Virus record (IMG/VR): IMGVR_UViG_3300030107_003727
Length of the DNA: 64,000 nucleotides
Reading direction: 5' to 3' (one strand)
Origin: an uncultured virus (IMG/VR IMGVR_UViG_3300030107_003727)
Taxonomy: Duplodnaviria; Heunggongvirae; Uroviricota; Caudoviricetes
Shown: in pieces, positions 56,984-64,000 of the stretch
How positions within the stretch are numbered: the stretch's first letter is position 1
Layout of the letters: every line of letters starts with the position of its first letter
The notes under the pieces: model-generated
Told to the model about the DNA's origin: nothing
The model's database searches: none
What the model saw: the letters and a program-made list of their open reading frames with translations, nothing else
Program-made: the position numbers and the translations under genes

Positions 56984-57808
56984 TCAAATAGTTAGAGGTT
57001 CGTGTTCAATAGCCCAGTCAGGAAGAGATAGGGTTTCCGGCGAGAGACTGTATGCCGGATAGTTCCCAGATGCTACACACTCTGTCCATTGTGTCAACAC
57101 CCTTTTGTAATTTTTTCTCCCCTGTTCTACGGCTTTCCCATCCAGCAGGTACACACCCACTGCAAACGGGGCTGTTTTCTCAACTGCGATTATACAAAAT
57201 CCGCAGTTTTTTTTCTCGCCGTGTTCCATACCGTCCTTGTAGAACGCGGCTTGTGTGTGATATCCAAACTTTGCAATGCTGTTTGCAAACTTTGGCCCCG
57301 CATCTTGCGTGGTCTTGAGGTCAACAATCATGGGCTTTTGCCTGCCTTTGCCTGCAAGCAAAAGGTCGATACGGCCTTTGCAGTCAACACCCGTGTCAGG
57401 GTCACGCCAAGTAATCGTTTGCTCCACTTGCCCTTTACGCTTGAACAGGGGGGCAGCGGCAGGGTGACTTCGGACAGAATCGCGCATTTTCATAGCGATA
57501 TCCCAGTCTTCCTGTTTGCAAATCACACGGTCAGAGTTGACTTGTATGAAATCCTCATACTCAAGTTTGCCAGCCTTGGTGCGCCGGTCAATTTTGGGCA
57601 TGATTGCGTACATATCCCTGACATATTCTTCTTCAAGAACCACCGCATGCACAAGTGAACCGAGAGAAAGCGCATCACTTTCGTATGAAATCTCACCGTC
57701 AAGGTAAGCCTTCATGTGTGCCATACTTCTCAGCCCATGCTTAATTGCACTTTGATTCATCAAAGGCAAAGCCCTGTATTGCTCTTCATCAATGTTAGAT
57801 AAGCCCAT
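56984..57808 (-). CDS. RecE/exonuclease VIII-like nuclease (copy B)
   Basis: Same motifs as copy A; GGAGG RBS. Confidence 0.88.
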   Translation of the reverse strand: MGLSNIDEEQYRALPLMNQSAIKHGLRSMAHMKAYLDGEISYESDALSLGSLVHAVVLEEEYVRDMYAIMPKIDRRTKAGKLEYEDFIQVNSDRVICKQEDWDIAMKMRDSVRSHPAAAPLFKRKGQVEQTITWRDPDTGVDCKGRIDLLLAGKGRQKPMIVDLKTTQDAGPKFANSIAKFGYHTQAAFYKDGMEHGEKKNCGFCIIAVEKTAPFAVGVYLLDGKAVEQGRKNYKRVLTQWTECVASGNYPAYSLSPETLSLPDWAIEHEPLTI

Positions 57809-57839
57809 ATTTATGTCCTCCAAACTGGGGTTGAAAGGG

Positions 57840-57921
57840 GTTGTACCAAAACTGGCGAGGCCGTGTCAAGCAAAAAAATCAGATTCTTTTGGTTGACATG
57901 GTAAGATAGATATTGTACACT
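57840..57921. promoter_or_regulatory. Divergent sigma70-like promoters (copy B)
   Basis: Minus TTGACA-N18-TACAAC; plus TTGACA-N17-TACACT. Confidence 0.7.
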
Positions 57922-57927
57922 GTCTGC

Positions 57928-58197
57928 ATGGATGCAACTGACATGCAAAACAAGATCCGAGAGATCCGGGCACTGCTTGCAAACACTGCTCTCCTCTCGA
58001 CCAAACTGGACACACCAGTTCTGGACAAGAAGGCGGTGATGGTACACATTCAAGCGGTGGACAATCATCTCAAACTTGCATCTCCAGATGTCATGTGCGG
58101 GTACTGCTCAGGGCAGGGTTGCCGCGCATGCAAAGAGACTGGTTGGATGAGCAAAGAATTCGCTGCAATGCAGCCCAAGGAGTTCCATGCTTCGTGA
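57928..58197 (+). CDS. Small zinc-finger protein (copy B)
   Basis: CGYCSGQGCRACKETG. Confidence 0.7.
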   Translation: MDATDMQNKIREIRALLANTALLSTKLDTPVLDKKAVMVHIQAVDNHLKLASPDVMCGYCSGQGCRACKETGWMSKEFAAMQPKEFHAS

Positions 58198-59944
58198 TTA
58201 CCAGCACCAAGCAATCGCTGCTGCATCCGATTCTTTGTCAAAGAATCGGTCGTGCTTGCTGGTTGCTGCAACTGGCGTGGGCAAGACCACCATCTTCTGC
58301 GAAATCATTCGCAGAGCCTTGAGTAAAGGCAAGCGTGTTTGTGTGATGGCGCACCGTGACGAGTTGATTCGCCAAGCCGCCAGCCGTATTGAGCAAATTG
58401 CTGGTGTTCAACCAGAAATTGAGAAGGCTGGCCAGTGGGCCAAAGGTGATGTCCCAGTCTTTGTTACTTCGGTGCAAACCATGAATGCAAAATGGATTTT
58501 AGACCGAAGATTTCAGCGTTTTCAGCCTGATGACTGGGATTTGCTCATCATTGACGAGGCGCATCACGCGCTTGCTCAGTCGTATCGAAACGTCATAGAC
58601 CACTTTCAAAAAAACCCCAAACACAAAGTGATTGGGGTAACTGCTACCCCTGACCGTGGGGACCAACTTGGACTTGGGGAAATTTTTGACGACTGCCCGT
58701 TTCAGTACGAAATTGGTGACGCTGTTTGTGATGGGTGGCTTGTGCCGATCCGCCAGCAGTACGTCACCGTGGGCAGCCTTGACTACTCTGAGATCAAGAC
58801 AAGGCTAGGCGACCTTTGCGGCGGAGACTTGGCCGAGGTGCTGGAGCAAGAAAAAAACATACATGGCATGGTTTCGCCAACCCTTGAATTACTCAAGGGC
58901 AAAAGTGCAATCGTGTTTTGTGCAACTGTTCGGCAGGCAGAAATGGCCGCCGAAGTATTCAATCGACATAAGGAGGGCATTGCAGCATGTGTCCATGGAA
59001 AGACCAGCCCGGAGGATCGGGCGGACATTCTTGCGCGATTTGCGGATGGATCACTTCAATTTGTGACGAATGTTGGAGTGCTTACCGAGGGCTTCGACGC
59101 GCCCCGGTGCGACGCAGTCGTGATGATGACAGCGACCAAGGTTCGGGCGAAGTACGTCCAATGCGTGGGTCGTGCGACGAGGCCGATCACCCCACCTTTG
59201 CAGACGATGACGAAGGAGCAGCGGGTGGAGGCCATCGGGTCGAGTGAGAAACCCTTTTGCACAGTCATCGACTTCAAGGGTAACTCTGGTCGCCACAAAC
59301 TGATAGGCATGGTGGACGTACTTGCCGGCAACAGGCCAGAAGGTGTTGTTGACCGTGCAAAACGAATCATCGCCGACGAGGGTGTGGCCGACCCAGAGGA
59401 TGCGCTCCGCATGGCGGAGATTCGGGAGGAAGAGGAGAAGCAAAGGGAAGAGGCCCGTCAGCGCGAGATTTTGCGGAAAGCAAAAGTCAAACTCAAAGCC
59501 GATTACCACGCCAGAGAGGTAGACCCTTTTGCACGATTTGACATGACCCCCGTACATCCGTCTGATCCCAAGGAGCAGCCATCTGAAAAGCAGCAGGCCA
59601 TGTTGATGAACAACGGGGTAGATCCCACAGGATTGACGCGCAAACAGGCCGGAAGATTGGTTGGAGATATTATGATGCGGAGAAAACTTGGCCGTCCAAG
59701 TCTAAAGCAAGAAGCAATCCTTGACCGATATAACCTTACAGCACGATCCTCATTCGAGGCTAAAGCACTGATCGACGAGATCGCTGCTGCTGGATGGAAA
59801 CTACCTAATGCACCTTCTGGACGAGAACCTGAAACTTCTGTTCTTTCTGGCTCGGATGCAAAAGAGCAAAGGCCACTTCCGCAGGTGGACGGTGGACGAA
59901 CTGGTGAGCGAGACATACCTGATCGCCCGCCCGGCGGTGGATAA
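58187..59944 (+). CDS. SF2 DEAH helicase (copy B)
   Basis: All helicase motifs as in copy A. Confidence 0.92.
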   Translation: MLRDYQHQAIAAASDSLSKNRSCLLVAATGVGKTTIFCEIIRRALSKGKRVCVMAHRDELIRQAASRIEQIAGVQPEIEKAGQWAKGDVPVFVTSVQTMNAKWILDRRFQRFQPDDWDLLIIDEAHHALAQSYRNVIDHFQKNPKHKVIGVTATPDRGDQLGLGEIFDDCPFQYEIGDAVCDGWLVPIRQQYVTVGSLDYSEIKTRLGDLCGGDLAEVLEQEKNIHGMVSPTLELLKGKSAIVFCATVRQAEMAAEVFNRHKEGIAACVHGKTSPEDRADILARFADGSLQFVTNVGVLTEGFDAPRCDAVVMMTATKVRAKYVQCVGRATRPITPPLQTMTKEQRVEAIGSSEKPFCTVIDFKGNSGRHKLIGMVDVLAGNRPEGVVDRAKRIIADEGVADPEDALRMAEIREEEEKQREEARQREILRKAKVKLKADYHAREVDPFARFDMTPVHPSDPKEQPSEKQQAMLMNNGVDPTGLTRKQAGRLVGDIMMRRKLGRPSLKQEAILDRYNLTARSSFEAKALIDEIAAAGWKLPNAPSGREPETSVLSGSDAKEQRPLPQVDGGRTGERDIPDRPPGGG

Positions 59945-60107
59945 AAGATTTGACCCCAACAAGGGGTCGCTGTCGCGGTTCCTGACGCGAATTATTATTC
60001 AGGATGTCAACTACAAGTACCGCCGTTTGCATGGTGCAGTAAGGCGGAGAATTGATGGAAAGAACGTATGGGTTCAACTGGAAAGACCGAACGAAATAGA
60101 TTTCTGA
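59808..60107 (+). CDS. Sigma-70 region 2-like small protein (copy B)
   Basis: NLKLLFFLAR..DELVSE..AVDKRFDPNKGSLSRF. Confidence 0.65.
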   Translation: MHLLDENLKLLFFLARMQKSKGHFRRWTVDELVSETYLIARPAVDKRFDPNKGSLSRFLTRIIIQDVNYKYRRLHGAVRRRIDGKNVWVQLERPNEIDF

Positions 60108-60337
60108 CCACAGGCGAGATCGCAAACCTTTGCGGGATGTCGCAGCAAACCATCATCCGACAGATTGACAAGGGATACCTTGAGGGTTTCCGCATTCCCG
60201 GATCAACACACCGGCGTGTAAGCCTGACCAACCTGCGCAACTGGATGGAGCAAACTGGAATAGATCAAGGAGATTTGGATGACTTCATCGGGGTGGAACC
60301 GGGTCAACAGAACCAACAAGTGTCCGATTTGCGGTAA
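60068..60337 (+). CDS. Excisionase-like HTH protein (copy B)
   Basis: FLTTGEIANLCGMSQQTIIRQIDKGYLEGFRIPGS. Confidence 0.85.
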   Translation: MGSTGKTERNRFLTTGEIANLCGMSQQTIIRQIDKGYLEGFRIPGSTHRRVSLTNLRNWMEQTGIDQGDLDDFIGVEPGQQNQQVSDLR

Positions 60338-61100
60338 GCCTGATTGGTGTTTGATATCTGAGGATGGGTTGGCGGTAATTTGCCCGCGCACACCATCTGA
60401 CAAACGTGTGGGTGATGCAGGGTGGCTACACAAGCCTTCTGAGTTATTGCATACCCCTGCCGTGAGTGTTGCGCCACTCGAAGTGCCAGATTTTGCACCA
60501 CCAGAGTGGGCAGAAAGGGTTGAGATGTGTCACAAAGAAATGCAGGCGTACCAATGGGATTTTCTGAAAGCCAACACGGGTTGCAGTGTTGAGTCATTGC
60601 ATCGCATAAGAGCAGGATGGTCGCAGGCTAAGGGCGCGTACACGTTCCCCATGCGTAACGGCAAAGGGCAAGTGTGTGGCGTGCGATTGCGCTACCCCAA
60701 CGGAAAAAAATCTTCTGTCAAAGGTTCTCGCAACGGGTTGTTTTTTGACCCGGACACTGAGATGCCAAGGGCGGGCAGGGTGTATGTGTGCGAAGGCCCA
60801 ACCGACACAGCAGCCATGCTGTCCATAGGTCTTATGGCTGTTGGCCGTCCGTCATGCAACACCGGCAGCAAATTTCTTTGTGATCTGATCCCGTTTGCCA
60901 ACGAGTGCGTGGTTGTGGCTGACAAGGACAGGCCCGGTAGAGATGGTGCAAAACTTGTTGCAACACAACTAGCAAAAGCCAAACGATCCGCTAAGGTTAT
61001 TGAGCCGAAAGACGGCGGTGATGCAAATGAATGGGTCCAGCGCGGAGCCACCAAAGCAGTCGTCGAAGTTATTGCAGAGCAAGCAAAGGAGATCCGATGA
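60279..61100 (+). CDS. DNA primase (copy B)
   Basis: Zn finger + TOPRIM motifs. Confidence 0.85.
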   Translation: MTSSGWNRVNRTNKCPICGKPDWCLISEDGLAVICPRTPSDKRVGDAGWLHKPSELLHTPAVSVAPLEVPDFAPPEWAERVEMCHKEMQAYQWDFLKANTGCSVESLHRIRAGWSQAKGAYTFPMRNGKGQVCGVRLRYPNGKKSSVKGSRNGLFFDPDTEMPRAGRVYVCEGPTDTAAMLSIGLMAVGRPSCNTGSKFLCDLIPFANECVVVADKDRPGRDGAKLVATQLAKAKRSAKVIEPKDGGDANEWVQRGATKAVVEVIAEQAKEIR

Positions 61101-61273
61101 AGTCCGCAGCCGAAAAGTTGCACCAAACCCTCAAGCAAACAACCACAAATTTTGCGGTTGAATTTGACATGACTGTCTACGAGGTGCTTGGTGTTATCAA
61201 ATTGCTTTTGCTTGAGTTGTGGTACGAGCATGACCAAGAGGGTGCTGGAGAGGAATTTGACGACGATGAGTAG
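61097..61273 (+). CDS. Small acidic hypothetical protein (copy B)
   Basis: Homologue of 17117-17308. Confidence 0.7.
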   Translation: MKSAAEKLHQTLKQTTTNFAVEFDMTVYEVLGVIKLLLLELWYEHDQEGAGEEFDDDE

Positions 61274-61700
61274 GCCCATGTACGAGCAAGCCATGGACTT
61301 GGCGCGCGAACACGAGATGATGTCACATGTAAGTGCAAAGTGGGGCGTGCAGTATTACAAACTGCCAATCTCATATCGCATGGATTTCATTCTGATGAGT
61401 GCTGAAAAGCCAAAGGCTTTTGCTGAGTGCAAGCACCGCAACTTCAAGTGGGGCCAATACCCCGATGTGATGATTAGTCTGAGCAAAGTGCAGGCTGCGG
61501 ATTCGTTGCTGACTACCACCGGCCTAAAGACAATGTTGATAGTGCGCGCCATTGACACCATCTATTACGTCTGCTTGAACGAGTGCGTGGAAAATTACAG
61601 TTGGTTGCAGTTCGGCGGGCGTACCGTGAACACTCGTGACGACGGTGATGTTGAACCTGTTTACCACATACCGATTGAAAGATTCGGCTGCATCGCATAG
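61266..61700 (+). CDS. PD-(D/E)XK-like nuclease (copy B)
   Basis: Homologue of 17301-17738. Confidence 0.65.
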   Translation: MSRPMYEQAMDLAREHEMMSHVSAKWGVQYYKLPISYRMDFILMSAEKPKAFAECKHRNFKWGQYPDVMISLSKVQAADSLLTTTGLKTMLIVRAIDTIYYVCLNECVENYSWLQFGGRTVNTRDDGDVEPVYHIPIERFGCIA

Positions 61701-61712
61701 CATCGTATAGGT

Positions 61713-62093
61713 ATGGGTAAGTCTCAGCGCGACAAAGGCAAGCGGGGAGAACGAGAGGTCGTTGGGATTTTGCGTGGGCTAGGTTTTCCGTCCGCAAGGC
61801 GCGCGCGGCAAAGCGACGGCGCAATAGATCCCGACGTAGCAGGATGCCCAGAGTTATGGGTAGAAGTGAAGCGGCGCAAAAGTATTGCGGCCATGCGCTT
61901 CATGGATCAAGCGGTGCAAGATGCAAAAGACGGAACAATCCCCGTAGTCTTCATGCGAGAAGACCACGGGGATTGGGTCGTAGCGTTCAGGGTTGAAGAT
62001 TTTCCCCGCGCCGTTCGGGAGTTCTGGTACAGATCCTCCGAACCGACGACGGATCCCACGCCTTCCCACGCGGAGCAAAACCATTCCGGTTGA
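61713..62093 (+). CDS. Holliday junction resolvase (copy B)
   Basis: KGKRGERE..PDV..WVEVKRR. Confidence 0.8.
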   Translation: MGKSQRDKGKRGEREVVGILRGLGFPSARRARQSDGAIDPDVAGCPELWVEVKRRKSIAAMRFMDQAVQDAKDGTIPVVFMREDHGDWVVAFRVEDFPRAVREFWYRSSEPTTDPTPSHAEQNHSG

Positions 62094-62682
62094 GCAAGTC
62101 GCAGATGGATCGCCAGCCGTATCCGGCCTCGCGCCATTCAAGCATCTTGTCGATTGCCTGCTGCTCTGATTGATTGAGTTGAAGACGAGAAGGGTCTGCA
62201 TCGCATAGCATCCAACCGTAAGGTGGATGCCGCGACATGCGCCTGCCTTCGGACTGGTAGCGTCGCATAGCAACGCTTGTCCGCACCTGCACAAGCCTGC
62301 GCTCGTACTCGGCTGCTGCGGATAACACTTGGCGAATGAGCCTGCCTTCTGCCGTATCATCTTGCACACCTTCTCTTGCCGCTTGGATCTTGAACCCATG
62401 CTTCTCAGCATGACGGTGCAAAGCCTCGGCCAGATACAGGTCACGCGCAAGACGGTCCATTTTCCAGACCAGCATCACGCCACCCTTTGGCGTTTGCTCC
62501 ATAGCATCCCACAAGCCGGGCCGTTCAGGATCAGCACCACTCTTGTGTTCGTCACCATGCTTGCCAAGTACGCGCCAGCCGTTTGCTTTTGCAAACTGCT
62601 CACACTCTTGGTACTGGGTTTCGATTGACCCGCTCTCCCCCGGTCTGGGGGAGTAGCGGGCGTAAATGACACACTCAATCAT
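61987..62682 (-). CDS. Serine recombinase (copy B)
   Basis: YARYS, KMDRLAR, PPYGW; start at MIECVIY. Confidence 0.9.
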   Translation of the reverse strand: MIECVIYARYSPRPGESGSIETQYQECEQFAKANGWRVLGKHGDEHKSGADPERPGLWDAMEQTPKGGVMLVWKMDRLARDLYLAEALHRHAEKHGFKIQAAREGVQDDTAEGRLIRQVLSAAAEYERRLVQVRTSVAMRRYQSEGRRMSRHPPYGWMLCDADPSRLQLNQSEQQAIDKMLEWREAGYGWRSICDLLNRNGFAPRGKAWDPSSVRRICTRTPERRGENLQP

Positions 62683-63331
62683 CGGGGAACAACAGCGGCA
62701 TGACTTCCTCAGCCGTCCCTTGTATGTGCAAACCTTTTGCCTTCTCAACCTTGACTGGGTTGATGAAGATGGCCGAGTCGTCCTTGGCAATGTCTTGCCA
62801 TAGTTCAGCAGCGGGCTGCACCTCAAGCGATGTGCCGATTGCAACAAGCAAGTCGGCATTCTTCATAAGATCGTGTGCCTCCATCAGTTCCGTGATTGGC
62901 AAACACTCGCCGAACAACACTACGTCTGGCCGCATGATGTGGAGTTCAGGATCGTACCTGTCCTTCATCACCTCGCCGTGCAAATGGATGGCTGGCTTGC
63001 CAGCACGTTCTGACAGGTCGTCAACATTTTGCGTAATGTGGTGTTTGATTCTGTCACACTTTGCAATAGCAAAGTGTGCGGCGTTGGGTTCCTTGCGCTG
63101 TAGTTGCTCACGCCATGTGGCGTACATTTTGACGAAGTCATCGGTGTGGTTGACCAGACCGTGGCGGCTGCCATAAATCTTGGGGTCATGGGTTTGCCAA
63201 AGCGGGTCGTTTGCATCGCGGTATGTAGGCACACCGCTCGCCTTGCTCAGTCCCGAGCCGGAGAACACAACAATGTTCTCTGCCTCGATAATCATTTCGT
63301 TAGCCGCAGACATATCTAGCAATGATGTCAT
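62675..63331 (-). CDS. Sirtuin (copy B)
   Basis: GSGLSKASGVPTYR, TQNVD, HLHG, RPDVVLFGE, GTSLEVQPAA. Confidence 0.92.
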   Translation of the reverse strand: MTSLLDMSAANEMIIEAENIVVFSGSGLSKASGVPTYRDANDPLWQTHDPKIYGSRHGLVNHTDDFVKMYATWREQLQRKEPNAAHFAIAKCDRIKHHITQNVDDLSERAGKPAIHLHGEVMKDRYDPELHIMRPDVVLFGECLPITELMEAHDLMKNADLLVAIGTSLEVQPAAELWQDIAKDDSAIFINPVKVEKAKGLHIQGTAEEVMPLLFPDD

Positions 63332-63332
63332 G

Positions 63333-63746
63333 TCAGTTTTCCTTTTGATAGAAAAAGAATTCGATTTCAGGGTCAGGACGTAGCGTCGGTGGGATTTGCT
63401 CCAACACTTCGTCTGGAATGTCAGTGTCGTACCCGTCGATGTCGGTCGGGCCAGTGAGCAAAATGTTGCCGATCAGTGGTGCGTTGTAGCCAATGTGGCC
63501 AGACAACCAGATGCTCCAGATGTTGACAACAGAGTTGTCCTTGAGCAAACCCTCGTCGTCAACGTATACGCTCAGGCCAGACTTACCAGCCGGTGCATTT
63601 TGGTTGACCGGAACGACAGTGAACACGTCACACCCAAGCAAATCGTAGATGTCTTGGATGTTGTTCTTGCGAATTGACACGACTTGTCGTGTCCCATTGG
63701 TGTGCAAAAGCACAGCCTTGGTGGTGTCATCATTCTGTTTCGTCAT
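63333..63746 (-). CDS. DUF3846-like protein (copy B)
   Basis: Homologue of 19423-19827. Confidence 0.65.
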   Translation of the reverse strand: MTKQNDDTTKAVLLHTNGTRQVVSIRKNNIQDIYDLLGCDVFTVVPVNQNAPAGKSGLSVYVDDEGLLKDNSVVNIWSIWLSGHIGYNAPLIGNILLTGPTDIDGYDTDIPDEVLEQIPPTLRPDPEIEFFFYQKEN

Positions 63747-64000
63747 CGTATAGATCCCCATAGTTGACGTTCCATGCTTTGCAAAGTCGGCGCACCATGC
63801 GCTCGATTCGCTCAAGCGATTCTGTCTTTTCTTGTTTCTTCTCTTGCATAGCAAGAGTCGTCCGGCAAGCAGGTCTGGCACGGTATTCAATGCCTCGTCG
63901 TTTGCATGCCCTCCGGGTGGTGCTTGGACTTACGTCCAAGTTCAACGCATCGCCACATTGTTTCGCAAGAGTCACATGGTGTGGGCGCTCCTCAAGGATT
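63730..64000 (-). CDS. Hypothetical protein (5'-partial)
   Basis: Frame open to window edge; positional counterpart of 19820-20242. Confidence 0.5.
   Translation of the reverse strand, partial: ILEERPHHVTLAKQCGDALNLDVSPSTTRRACKRRGIEYRARPACRTTLAMQEKKQEKTESLERIERMVRRLCKAWNVNYGDLYDDETE

Larger units (their letters stand above)
46268..64000. mobile_element. Related phage genome, copy B (partial, syntenic with ~1-20200 of copy A)
   Basis: Gene-for-gene homologues in the same order and orientation, clearly diverged at protein level. Confidence 0.92.

Noticed and set aside
62683..62859. N-terminal extension of the copy B recombinase ORF
   Set aside because: Lies within the sirtuin gene; copy A supports the MIECVIY start
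1..64000. CRISPR array, DGR, retron, tRNAs or alternative genetic code
   Set aside because: No reverse transcriptase, repeat-spacer array or cloverleaf seen; genes are uninterrupted and end in TAA, TGA and TAG

Overview
The window is entirely phage DNA; I see no host housekeeping genes. Positions 1-46257 are an essentially complete ~46.4 kb tailed-phage genome (copy A). Its order is: ejection-type proteins including a 3575-aa polyvalent protein; SSB-like protein and RecE-like exonuclease; helicase, primase and resolvase; a minus-strand accessory operon (serine recombinase, sirtuin, DUF3846, VWA/AAA pair); then HNH, terminase, portal, scaffold, capsid and tail genes. After a 10-N scaffold gap, 46268-64000 repeats the same gene order as a diverged relative (copy B), linked through a ~250-bp near-identical segment. 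This gives a built-in comparative alignment. A planctomycete-type HTH, a Phycisphaerae-type dockerin-like tail and a PEP-CTERM-like tail suggest a Planctomycetota host (inference). The strongest observations are: a complete type II hammerhead ribozyme directly upstream of the AAA-ATPase RBS; structured non-coding elements after the SSB-like gene, one with compensatory changes between A and B; a swappable central cassette in the giant protein (ADP-ribosyltransferase in A only); a sigma-region-2-only protein overlapping a host-like HTH; and a sirtuin lacking its zinc module. All family calls come from reading motifs by eye; no searches were run.
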